A DNA stretch of 64,000 nt from NCBI GenBank assembly GCA_964370965.1, contig CAYJLW010000013.1:5696-69695 (forward strand). The letters run 5' to 3'. The notes beneath the pieces were generated by a model. It made no database searches, was not told where the DNA came from, and saw nothing but the letters and a program-made list of their open reading frames with translations. Shown piece by piece: positions 27,563 to 36,271 of this stretch. Positions within the stretch are counted from its first letter, which is position 1; each line of letters begins with the position of its first letter. The position numbers and the translations under genes are program-made. Source of the DNA: an uncultured Acidimicrobiia bacterium (lineage in GTDB: Bacteria; Actinomycetota; Acidimicrobiia; UBA2766).

Positions 27563-30508
27563 GTGAGCGCACCAGACCCCTCCCGCCCCGGCGAAGCCCG
27601 CCACCGCTCCCGCTGGACATGGGACAGCGTGGCGTGGGGCAGCCACTGCGTGGACTGCTACCCGGGCAACTGCAGCTACCGCCTGTACGTGCGCGACGGC
27701 AAGGTCGTGCGCGAGGAGGTCGCCGGCGCGGGCGAGCCCTCCTCGGGCTCCCTCCCTGACGGCCTCCCCCTGGGATGCAACAAGGGGGCGGCCTGGAGCG
27801 CCCAGATCGAGGGCCCCGACCGCGTACGCTGGCCGATGCGCCGGGTGGGAGAGCGGGGCTCGGGCGCGTGGGAACGCCTGAGCTGGGACGACGCCCTCGA
27901 CGCCGTCGCCGACGTCCTCGTCGACACGATCGAGGCCGACGGACCCGGCGCCATCCTCCGGGAGGGGACACCCCAGGTCGGCGTCGGTCTCGCCCCGGAT
28001 CGTTTCGTACACCTCCTCGGCGGCACCGTCACTGACCTGAACGGGGCGATCAACGACTTCGCCAACGGCCTGCACATCACGTTCGGGAAGTCCAACCCGG
28101 TCTACTCGCCCCGCAGCGTCTTCGAAGCCGACGTCCTCCTCCTCTGGCACATCAACCCCGCCTACACGCTGATTCCCGTCTACCACTGGATGACCGAGGC
28201 CCGCTACCGGGGCGCCGAGGTCGTCCTCTTCTCCCCCGACGTGAACCCCACCCACAGCCACGTCGACTACGCGGTGCCCGTACGCTGGGGCGCCGACGCC
28301 GCGGTCGTCCTCGCCATGTGCCAGGTGGTCGTCGCCGAAGGCCTCGTCGACGAAGGCTTCGTCGCGACCCAGACCGACCTCTCGCTGCTCGTGCGCACCG
28401 ACACGGAGCGGTTCCTGCGCGAGAGCGACGTCGTCGCCGGCGGCCACGAGGAGCAGTTCTTCCACCTCGACCCCGGGCGGGGCGTCGTCCCCGCCGACCG
28501 CGCCAACCTCCTGTGCGACTACGAACCCGCTCTCCGGGGCCGGACGACGGTCACCCTCGCCGACGGCGGCGAGGTCGTCGTGGCGCCCCTGTTCGAGCGG
28601 GTGGCGTCCCTCCTCGCCGACTACACGCCCGAGGCCGCCGCCGAGGTGGCCGGCACGCACCCGGAGACGATCCGCACCGTCGCCCGCAAGGTGGCCGCCG
28701 GACGCACGTATGCCGCCATCGGAGGGGGCGCCGAGAAGCTCTACCACGGCGACCTCTTCCAGCGCTCCGCCCACCTCCTCCTCGGCCTCACCGGGAACTG
28801 GGGTCGCCCCGGTGCCGGGACGACGTCGTGGTCGGTGCCTCATGGCGACGGCTCGCTCCTCACGTCCGCGAAACGGACCCCCGGCCCCGAGGGCGCCGAA
28901 GTCGTCCTCGCCCTCCTCGAGAGCCTCGCCGCCGCCGTGAAGGCGTCGGACCCCACGATGTCCGACGAGCTCGCCGCCTTCGCCCTGCACCGGGGACCCC
29001 TCGCCGACAAGGCCATGGTGCCCCCGTTCTTCTTCTGGTATTGGCACGCCGGGTTCGCGGAGCGGCTCAACAACACCGCCTGGGGCGACCCCACGATGAA
29101 ACGCACCTATGACGAGTACGTCCAGGAGGCCCTCGACGAGGGCTGGTGGGCCGGCTTCGACCGCCCCGGCCCCGACGACACCCCCCGGGTCCTGATCGAG
29201 TGTGGAGGCAACATCCTGCGCCGCACCCGGGGCGGTGGTCGGCTCCTCCTCGAACACCTCTGGCCGAAGCTCGAGCTGATCGTCACCATCGACTTCCGCA
29301 TGTCCCTCACCGCCCTGCACTCCGACGTCGTCCTGCCCGCCGCCCAGCCCTACGAGAAGGTGGGCACGCACATGCCCTCCATGGAACTCACCCTCTCGGA
29401 CAGCGCCGTGGAACCCGTCGACGACGCGCTCCCCGAGTGGGAGATCTTCGCCGGTCTCTGCCGGGCCGTCGAGCGCCGCGCCGCCGCGCGGGGCCTCGAG
29501 CACTTCCGCCACTCGGGCGGCGCCCGGCGCCGCTACGACAAGCTCTGGGCGGCCTTCACCCTTAAAGGCGTCCTACGCACGACCGAGCACGTCGTGGACG
29601 AGACCATCCGGGACGCCGCCTACGCCGGGATCCTTCCCGAGGGCACGACGCTGGAGTCCCTGCGGGAGTCCGGGCGCATGAACTTCACCGGCTGGGGCGT
29701 GACCGCCTTCGGCCAGAGCCAGGCAGCGGACTGGCAGGACGACGTCCGGACCGTCGTCCCCTGGAGCAACCACGTCGAGAAGGGCGACCCCTACCCCACC
29801 CTCACCCGCCGGGCGCAGTTCCTCGTCGAGCACCCCTGGTTCGTGGAAGCGGGCGAGGACCTCCCCTGCCACAAGGAGCCCCCGCAGATGGGCGGCCCCG
29901 GCCGCTACTGGATGACCACCGGGCACAACCGCTGGTCGATCCACGCCATGAACATGGCGAACCCGTGGCTCATCCAGACCCACCGGGGCGAGCCCCACGT
30001 CGTCGTCCACCCCGAGGACGCCGCCCGCGAAGGCATCGCCGACCACCAGCCGGTGCGGGTCTCCAACGAGGCGGGCTCCTTCGTCGTGCGGGCGAAGCTC
30101 TCCCCCACCCAGCGCCCCGGCGGCGTCACCGTCTACTCGGGCTGGGACGGCCACCAGTTCCCGGGCTGGAACCCGCCCAGCGACGTCGAGCCCAGCCTCG
30201 TCAAGCACCTCGGACTCGCCGCCGGCTACGGCCACCTCCGCTACGGACCCATGGAGTGGCAGCCCGTCCCCTGCGACCGCCCCGTCGCCGTCGACATCGA
30301 GGCCGTCGTGGAGGGGGTGGGGGGGGGGGTGGCGCCCCCCCCCCCCCCCCGGGCCGGGGGGCCCGCGGCCCCCCCCCCCCCCCCCCCCCGCTCGCCCGGG
30401 GGCGCCGGCGGCACCACACCACCACACGACCGGGATGGCGGTGGCGCCGGAGACGAAGGTCCTTGCTCACGAGCGGCCAACCGTGTTCCACCGCCGTGGC
30501 ATAGATGA
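27563..30508 (+). CDS. molybdopterin bis-MGD oxidoreductase (DMSO-reductase superfamily) with N-terminal Cys-cluster motif; 3' end unresolved
   Basis: The N-terminal HCVDCYPGNCSYRLYVRDGKV...LGCNKG is an FeS-type Cys motif with atypical spacing. Size (about 920 aa) and the C-terminal molybdopterin-dinucleotide-binding domain fit the family. There is no twin-arginine signal. The reading frame continues through G/C homopolymer tracts at 30313-30400 as poly-Gly/Pro. The truncated paralog at 7015-7440 suggests the true stop lies near 30315. Confidence 0.75.
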   Translation: MSAPDPSRPGEARHRSRWTWDSVAWGSHCVDCYPGNCSYRLYVRDGKVVREEVAGAGEPSSGSLPDGLPLGCNKGAAWSAQIEGPDRVRWPMRRVGERGSGAWERLSWDDALDAVADVLVDTIEADGPGAILREGTPQVGVGLAPDRFVHLLGGTVTDLNGAINDFANGLHITFGKSNPVYSPRSVFEADVLLLWHINPAYTLIPVYHWMTEARYRGAEVVLFSPDVNPTHSHVDYAVPVRWGADAAVVLAMCQVVVAEGLVDEGFVATQTDLSLLVRTDTERFLRESDVVAGGHEEQFFHLDPGRGVVPADRANLLCDYEPALRGRTTVTLADGGEVVVAPLFERVASLLADYTPEAAAEVAGTHPETIRTVARKVAAGRTYAAIGGGAEKLYHGDLFQRSAHLLLGLTGNWGRPGAGTTSWSVPHGDGSLLTSAKRTPGPEGAEVVLALLESLAAAVKASDPTMSDELAAFALHRGPLADKAMVPPFFFWYWHAGFAERLNNTAWGDPTMKRTYDEYVQEALDEGWWAGFDRPGPDDTPRVLIECGGNILRRTRGGGRLLLEHLWPKLELIVTIDFRMSLTALHSDVVLPAAQPYEKVGTHMPSMELTLSDSAVEPVDDALPEWEIFAGLCRAVERRAAARGLEHFRHSGGARRRYDKLWAAFTLKGVLRTTEHVVDETIRDAAYAGILPEGTTLESLRESGRMNFTGWGVTAFGQSQAADWQDDVRTVVPWSNHVEKGDPYPTLTRRAQFLVEHPWFVEAGEDLPCHKEPPQMGGPGRYWMTTGHNRWSIHAMNMANPWLIQTHRGEPHVVVHPEDAAREGIADHQPVRVSNEAGSFVVRAKLSPTQRPGGVTVYSGWDGHQFPGWNPPSDVEPSLVKHLGLAAGYGHLRYGPMEWQPVPCDRPVAVDIEAVVEGVGGGVAPPPPPRAGGPAAPPPPPPRSPGGAGGTTPPHDRDGGGAGDEGPCSRAANRVPPPWHR
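30313..30400. repeat. G/C homopolymer tract cluster (G11, C16, C24 runs) at convergent gene ends
   Basis: Directly visible: gggggtgggggggggggtggcg, then C16, then gggccgggggg, then C about 24. Both flanking genes lack proper stop codons here. Confidence 0.8.
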
Positions 30509-30803
30509 GCCGGTCCGCCGGGTCGCCGGGGAACGAAGCCGGCAGGGCCGCGGCGATGTCCGCCACGGCCGGCGAGACCGCCACAGTGCGGATCTGCACC
30601 GCCAGGGACTCCAGCCAGGAGCGCACCGGAACCGACACGCGGATCCTGTCGTGGCGCGCCAACCACGCCAACTCGAACCACGTGATCCCACTCACAGCCA
30701 GCTCGTCGGCGCCGGCGACCGTCTCGGTGGCGGTCCGACTCAACCGCTCCGGCTCAGCAGACCACCACTGCACCACGTGCGTGTCGAGCAGGACGGTCGT
30801 CAC
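30440..30803 (-). CDS. vapC: PIN-domain toxin VapC (C-terminus runs into the homopolymer tract; end uncertain)
   Basis: GTG at 30803 forms a GTGA overlap with the antitoxin stop. VTTVLLDTHVVQWW gives the PIN motif with its N-terminal Asp. ...IYATAVEHGWPLVSKDLRLRR is the usual C-terminal block. Confidence 0.6.
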
Positions 30804-31027
30804 TGGAGTTCCCAATCGGCGCCGGTCGAGAAGAGGTCGTCCTCCTCCGCTGCGCTCACGGCCACTCCGGAGAGCCGTCCTCTGAGACCCGCGGGCCCTC
30901 CTGCCGGGACGAGGCGGGCGACCGGGCGTCCCCTCTTGGTGATGAGCACCTCCTCGCCGGCGGCCACCTCGTCGAGCAGGGCGAGGATGCGGGCCTTCAC
31001 CTCGGTGGCGGTCATCTGACGGGTCAT
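30800..31027 (-). CDS. Phd/YefM-family antitoxin
   Basis: MTATEVKARILALLDEVAAGEEVLITKRGRPVARLVP is the Phd/YefM signature. Confidence 0.75.
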   Translation of the reverse strand: MTRQMTATEVKARILALLDEVAAGEEVLITKRGRPVARLVPAGGPAGLRGRLSGVAVSAAEEDDLFSTGADWELQ

Positions 31028-31078
31028 GTGGTCATGTTAGTGGCCGCCACACATTCCAAGCCGCCGGACCGGCTGCGC

Positions 31079-31510
31079 CTACTCGTCGAGGGGGTGGGCC
31101 CAGCGCAGACCGGGGAACCGGGCGAAGCCCCGGTCGGCCGACACCCAGGTGCTGCCCTGCTCGACCGCGATCGCCGCCAGGTAGGCGTCCGGGACGACGT
31201 TGCCCTTCGCGCCGACCCGCCGGCAGAGGTCCGAGAAGATGCCCCAGTGCCGGTCGCCCGGCGCCACGGTCGTCGTGGCCGGGGAGGCACGGAGCGCATC
31301 CACGAAGTCCAGGGCGACACCGAGGGGGGTGGGCTCACGGAAGACGCGAGGATGGGTCACGACCCGAAGGAAGCCACTCGCCACGACGTCACTGAGCCCC
31401 AGCGGTTCGGGAGAGCGACGAGCCGCATCGAGCCACCCGCGGTAGGCCTCGTGGCCGAGCGACTCCGGCCGGTGGGCGAACACGAGGACGTTGACGTCAA
31501 CGCAACGCAT
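31079..31510 (-). CDS. vapC: PIN-domain toxin VapC
   Basis: MRCVDVNVLV (Asp5), VPDAYLAAIAV and WVSADRGF are PIN catalytic acidic positions. 143 aa. Confidence 0.8.
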   Translation of the reverse strand: MRCVDVNVLVFAHRPESLGHEAYRGWLDAARRSPEPLGLSDVVASGFLRVVTHPRVFREPTPLGVALDFVDALRASPATTTVAPGDRHWGIFSDLCRRVGAKGNVVPDAYLAAIAVEQGSTWVSADRGFARFPGLRWAHPLDE

Positions 31511-31754
31511 CGCCAGGCGTGCTCTCGTCCATCACGTCTGCGAGGGCGGCGTTGCTCGTGAGGTCGACGCCGGCCAGGACGCCGCTCCCCCCGAAGACGG
31601 GCAGGGGCGCCACCCCTTGTTCCGGTGCCCGCCGGGGCCGCAGGGCCTCCCGGACGGCGTCTTCGATGACCTCGCCGACGGTGCGACCGGTCTGGGCGGC
31701 GCGGGCCTTCACCCGCCGGTAGAGCTGGTCCTCGATCCGGATCGTGGTCCGCAT
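31497..31754 (-). CDS. vapB: ribbon-helix-helix (CopG/VapB-type) antitoxin
   Basis: MRTTIRIEDQLYRRVKARAAQTGRTVGEVIEDAVREAL is the RHH fold signature. Overlaps the vapC start by 14 nt. Confidence 0.7.
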   Translation of the reverse strand: MRTTIRIEDQLYRRVKARAAQTGRTVGEVIEDAVREALRPRRAPEQGVAPLPVFGGSGVLAGVDLTSNAALADVMDESTPGDALR

Positions 31755-31772
31755 GGTGCATCTTAGCACCAT
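31753..31772. promoter_or_regulatory. inverted repeat ATGGTGC-N6-GCACCAT overlapping the vapB start codon (likely autoregulatory operator)
   Basis: Perfect 7-bp arms, seen directly in the sequence. Confidence 0.45.
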
Positions 31773-32146
31773 ACGGAAGCACCAAGATGCCGGGGCGGAG
31801 GCCCCCCTCCCCGCGACCCCCGCTCGCGCACGGTCGCTGGTCCCGGCCTGGGGCGCCTGTCGCCGACGAGTAGCCTCCGGGGAGTGAGACGCTCGAAGGG
31901 CTTTTGTCTCACCGAGGGGGGCGGTGAACTCGCAGGCGAGAGGTCCGAGATCCGCCCCCCGCCCGCAATGTCCTGCTCAGCGGGGACATGACGCACCCGT
32001 CACAGACCATTGCGCTCATGCTGCAAACTCTTGTATCGTTCGTCAGGAAAGCGAGGATTTCTCCTCGTTACCGCACGTAACTCAGAATCAAGAGACAGCG
32101 CAACGCCAACCGGGCCGTTCCGGCCGACCACCACGGGGGGTTAACC

Positions 32147-33847
32147 ATGGAGGAGCGCTTCGACTTCGTCATCGTCGGGGGCGGCCACAACGGCACCACG
32201 ATGGCGGCCTACCTGGCCAAGTCAGGGGCGTCGGTCTGCGTCGTGGAGGCGAGACCGGAGTGCGCCGGGGGCCAGGAGAACACCGAGCCCGTCCCCGGCT
32301 TCCGCATCGACCCGCACGCCACGTACCTGTACGGCGGCGCCGCCCCCGGCTTCGAGCAACTCGAGCTCGCCAAGTACGGGTTCCGTTTCGTCCCCTACCG
32401 CTCCATGTTCGGCTTCGTCACCTCCGACGGCGCCGCCGTCAACTCCGGGAGCCGCTGGGACCAGAACATCGGCATGGAGTCCCTCACCGCCGTCGCCGGC
32501 GCCGAGGTCGCCCAGCGCCGTTTCATGATGGACAACATGCCCATCGAGGTCATGCGCGACTTCCTGCGGGCCATGTTCTGGACGGCGCCCTACCCCGCCG
32601 AGATGGAGTTCGAGGCCATCGACCTCCCCTGGGCGCAGTACCTGAAGAAGGCCCTCAACGGCGCCTTCTCGGAACGCTGGCTCGAGATGTCCCTCATCGA
32701 GTTCATGGACGAGGCCTACGGCTACGAACCCATGAAGGTCGCCCAGGCGATGGCCTCCTGGTACTCCGGCGCCCACCCCACCTGGGAAGGCCAGGCGCTC
32801 CCCTCACTGGGGGGCGCCATGCTCGCCGGCTACGCGTCCGGCTCCCCGCGGGGCGGCATGCACGCCTACGCCCACGCGATCATCCGCTGCGCGCTCGCCC
32901 ACGGCGCCCGCATCATCACGAACTCCGAGGTCGAGGAGATCGTCGTCCAGAACGGCCGCGCCGTGGGCGTCCGCCTGGGCGAGGACTCCGCCTTCCCCGA
33001 GAAGGTCATCTGGGCGGACAAGGGCGTCATCTCCGGCGTCGACGTCAACCAGACGTTCCTGCGCCTCATCGGCAAGAGGCACGTCGACGCCGGCTTCTAC
33101 CAGCGGGTGAGCGACGTGAACTTCAAGGGCGGGAGCCTCTACGTGCTCTCCGTCGCCTGCCGGGAGCTCCCCCGCTACCACGGCAACCCCGACTACTTCC
33201 GCGACGAGGTCTACCCCTCCTGCGTGGTCTGGCCCTCGGACTCCTACGAGAACCTCTACGCCCAGACCGAGGACGTCTACAGCCGCAAGGTCGTGCCGGA
33301 GCTCACCAAGGAGCACCTCACGATGATGGTCATCACCCACGACCCCTACGACCCCACGCGCACACCCGAAGGCCACCACCTCCTCTCCCCCATCTACCTC
33401 CAGATCCCCCCCACGCACTACGACGTCGCGGGGCCCGAGGGCCTGAACAAGGTCAAGGACCAGGTCACCAAGGCCGTCCTCGACCTCCTGGAAGAGGGCG
33501 CCCCGAACATGACCTCGGACAACATCGAGCACATCTGGGTGAACACCCCGTACGACTCGGAGTTCCGCAACGCCGGCATGGTGGCGGGGAACTGGTACGG
33601 CGCCCGCCAGTCCGCCGACCAGTGGTTCCACACCCGACCGCTCCCGGAGCTCTCCCGCTACCGGACGCCCATCGAGAGCCTCTACCTGTGCAACCACACC
33701 TCCCACCCCGGTGGCCTCTGCCTCATGGCGGTGCCGTACAACCTCATGCACATCCTCATCGAGGACGACCTCGTGGCGCCCGGCTCGTGGTGGTACCCGT
33801 CGCCGTGGCACGTGACCGAAAACGGCAAGCAGCTCCAGGAGGCGTGA
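32147..33847 (+). CDS. CrtI/phytoene-desaturase-family FAD-dependent oxidoreductase (paralog B1)
   Basis: FDFVIVGGGHNGT...C-terminal CNHTSHPGGLCLMAVPYN. Preceded by a leader of about 390 nt that is relatively AT-rich. Confidence 0.85.
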   Translation: MEERFDFVIVGGGHNGTTMAAYLAKSGASVCVVEARPECAGGQENTEPVPGFRIDPHATYLYGGAAPGFEQLELAKYGFRFVPYRSMFGFVTSDGAAVNSGSRWDQNIGMESLTAVAGAEVAQRRFMMDNMPIEVMRDFLRAMFWTAPYPAEMEFEAIDLPWAQYLKKALNGAFSERWLEMSLIEFMDEAYGYEPMKVAQAMASWYSGAHPTWEGQALPSLGGAMLAGYASGSPRGGMHAYAHAIIRCALAHGARIITNSEVEEIVVQNGRAVGVRLGEDSAFPEKVIWADKGVISGVDVNQTFLRLIGKRHVDAGFYQRVSDVNFKGGSLYVLSVACRELPRYHGNPDYFRDEVYPSCVVWPSDSYENLYAQTEDVYSRKVVPELTKEHLTMMVITHDPYDPTRTPEGHHLLSPIYLQIPPTHYDVAGPEGLNKVKDQVTKAVLDLLEEGAPNMTSDNIEHIWVNTPYDSEFRNAGMVAGNWYGARQSADQWFHTRPLPELSRYRTPIESLYLCNHTSHPGGLCLMAVPYNLMHILIEDDLVAPGSWWYPSPWHVTENGKQLQEA

Positions 33848-33851
33848 GACC

Positions 33852-35567
33852 GTGACCCGTCAGACCTACGAAGTGCAGGTTCCTCCCGAAGAGCGCATCC
33901 TCGACGAGTTCCCGGAGCGCTCCGAGTTCGACGTAGTCGTCGTGGGTGGGGGCCCGAACGGCCTCATGACCGCCGCCTACCTCGCCCGTGCCGGACTGCG
34001 CACCGTCGTCGTGGAGCGCCGCCACGAGATCGGCGGCGGCCTCGCCACGGAAGAGGTCCTCTTCCCCGGCTACTACACCAACGTCCACGCCGTCTATCAC
34101 ATGATGACGGACTTCATGCCCCTGTTCCGGGACTTCGACTTCGCCAAGCACGGCCTCACGTTCGTGAAGCCCAACGCCCAGACGGCGGCGGTCTTCCCCG
34201 ACGGCAAGAGCCTGCTCCTCTGCAACCAGCTCGAGGACACCAAGGACTCCATCGCGAAGTTCTCCCGCCAGGACGCCATCAACTTCGGCAAGGTCATGCG
34301 CACCTGGCGCAAGGTCGTCGACGAAGTCGTGGGGCCCGCCACCTACGTGCCGCCCGTGGCCCCGATAGACATGATCGAGGCGTTCGAGCGCACCGAAACC
34401 GGCCGTGAGACGCTGCGCCTCACGGAGATGTCCCCCGTCGAGATCATCGACGAGATCTTCACCGACGACCGCGTGAAGATGACGATGCTGTACGCCGCCT
34501 GCATGTGGGGCCTGGACCCGACCGACACCGGCCTCGGGTTCATGGTGCCCCTGCTCATCGACCGCACGATGAACAAGGCGATCGCCTATGGCGGCTCCCA
34601 CAAGCTCGCCGGAGCCCTCTCCCGCGAGATCCACAAGGCCGGCGGCCTCGTCGTCGACAACGCCGAGGTCACCCGGATCATCGTCGAGGGCGGCGCCGCC
34701 GTCGGCGTGGAGACGTTCGACGGGCGCGAGATCCGGGCGAAGGCCGTGGTCTCCAGCCTCGACCCGCAGACCAACTTCCTCCGCCTCCTCGAGCGCGACC
34801 AGGTGCCCGCCGACCTCGTCACCCGCGCCGAGGGTTGGGAGTGGGACAAGTGGTCCTTCTTCACGGTCTCCCTCGCCATGACCGAGGCGCCCAAGTACGT
34901 CACCGACGACCCCTGGGTGAACAAGGCGTTCATGACGATCCTGGGCTTCGACTCCACCGAGGCTCTCCTGGCGCACTGGGACGGCGTCCTGAACAACCGC
35001 CTCGGCCCCGGTCTCGGCGGTCACGCCACCACCGAGACCCTCTACGACCCCACCCTGTCGCGGGTGCAGAGCGGGTCGCCGCACCCGTGGGCCGAGGAAC
35101 CGCCGGCAGCCAAGGGGCCCCGCCACCACGTGGCGTTCCTGCAGATGCACGCCCCCTACGACCTCGAGGGGGGCTGGAAGCAGCGTCACGACGCCCTCGT
35201 CGAGGAGACCATCGAGACCTGGGGGCGCTACGCCCCGAACGTCAAGGCCGAGAACATCCTCATCCGCTCCGGCGAGTCGCCCCTCGACATCGAGCGGCGC
35301 ATGCCGAACATGGTGCGGGGTTCCATCAAGCACGGCGACTACAACTCGCTGCAGATGGGCGTGTTCCGTCCCGACGACTCCTGCGTGGGCGGCCGCAGCC
35401 CGATCCAGGGCCTCTACCTCTGCGGCGCCTCCAACTACCCGGGCGGCCTCGTCATCGGGGGGTCCGGCTACATCGCCGCCAACACCGTGGCCGAGGACCT
35501 CGGCGTCGAGAAGTGGTGGACCCCGCCCCGGCACGTGGCCCGCTTCGAGGAGACGTACATGTCATGA
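33852..35567 (+). CDS. CrtI/phytoene-desaturase-family FAD-dependent oxidoreductase (paralog B2)
   Basis: FDVVVVGGGPNGL...ERRHEIGGG; C-terminal CGASNYPGGLVIGGSGYIAAN. GTG start 4 nt after the B1 stop. Confidence 0.85.
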   Translation: MTRQTYEVQVPPEERILDEFPERSEFDVVVVGGGPNGLMTAAYLARAGLRTVVVERRHEIGGGLATEEVLFPGYYTNVHAVYHMMTDFMPLFRDFDFAKHGLTFVKPNAQTAAVFPDGKSLLLCNQLEDTKDSIAKFSRQDAINFGKVMRTWRKVVDEVVGPATYVPPVAPIDMIEAFERTETGRETLRLTEMSPVEIIDEIFTDDRVKMTMLYAACMWGLDPTDTGLGFMVPLLIDRTMNKAIAYGGSHKLAGALSREIHKAGGLVVDNAEVTRIIVEGGAAVGVETFDGREIRAKAVVSSLDPQTNFLRLLERDQVPADLVTRAEGWEWDKWSFFTVSLAMTEAPKYVTDDPWVNKAFMTILGFDSTEALLAHWDGVLNNRLGPGLGGHATTETLYDPTLSRVQSGSPHPWAEEPPAAKGPRHHVAFLQMHAPYDLEGGWKQRHDALVEETIETWGRYAPNVKAENILIRSGESPLDIERRMPNMVRGSIKHGDYNSLQMGVFRPDDSCVGGRSPIQGLYLCGASNYPGGLVIGGSGYIAANTVAEDLGVEKWWTPPRHVARFEETYMS

Positions 35568-36076
35568 GGCTCAAGTCCCGCGGCCTGGGCCGCAAAGAGC
35601 TCGTGATGGACTTCCGCGAATACGACGTCGTCGCCGACGGCGACGAGATCGTGATCATGGGCACCATCCACGAGCCCGTCCACTGGGATTTCTCGATCCG
35701 GGTCTGCGAGGACGACCTCGCCGGGATCATCAACGTGGCCCTGAAGAAGTCGACGCGGCGTTTCGCCCTGCGGGCGATCTTCCGGCGCGACAAGCGCCAC
35801 CACTGGAACACCGACCGCGCCCGGCGAGTCGTCCTCGCCCGCGAGCACAGCCTGGACCTCGCCCGCAAGGAGGCGAAGGCCGCGCTCCCCGAGGGCGTCG
35901 AGGCCGACGCTGCCGAGGCCGCGATCGAGAACGACAAGGGCGTCCGCAAAGCGAGGAAGAGAGCCGAGAAGGCCCAGCGGAAGTACTCTGCCCAGGAGGA
36001 GACCGCCGCGACGGTCGTCGCCCCGGCCCCCGGTGACGCCGAGAGCCTCTCGGACGTCGGTTCGGGAGCCGCGTGA
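35566..36076 (+). CDS. hypothetical protein (compact N-terminal domain plus Lys/Arg/Ala/Glu-rich tail)
   Basis: ATG forms an ATGA overlap with the B2 stop. Codon usage is consistent with coding. No family recognised. Confidence 0.45.
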
Positions 36077-36271
36077 CGGTGTCGGGCCGTCGTCCCGGCC
36101 CCGCCCAGAACCGGCCCCGCTCCCGGGCGGGCCAGGTGAGCGTGGTGGCGGTGAAGTTGTCGGTGCCCGGGGCGAATCCCTGCGTCTGATACCCGTCGGG
36201 ATCCCCCCCAAAACGCCCCGGGCTCCGGCTTCGGGGGGGGAGTTCCGCTCCCCCCCCGGACTCTCACGCCG

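Noticed and set aside
25841-29512. 1223-aa minus-strand ORF
   Set aside because: Only the 3' 864 nt is the SDR gene. The remainder is antisense to the ADC-like and molybdoenzyme genes, with Gly/Glu/Arg-rich nonsense.
30201-30815. Full 204-aa VapC ORF including a poly-Gly/Pro/Arg tail
   Set aside because: Only the N-terminal roughly 120 aa form a PIN domain. The tail is a translation of the G/C homopolymer tract.
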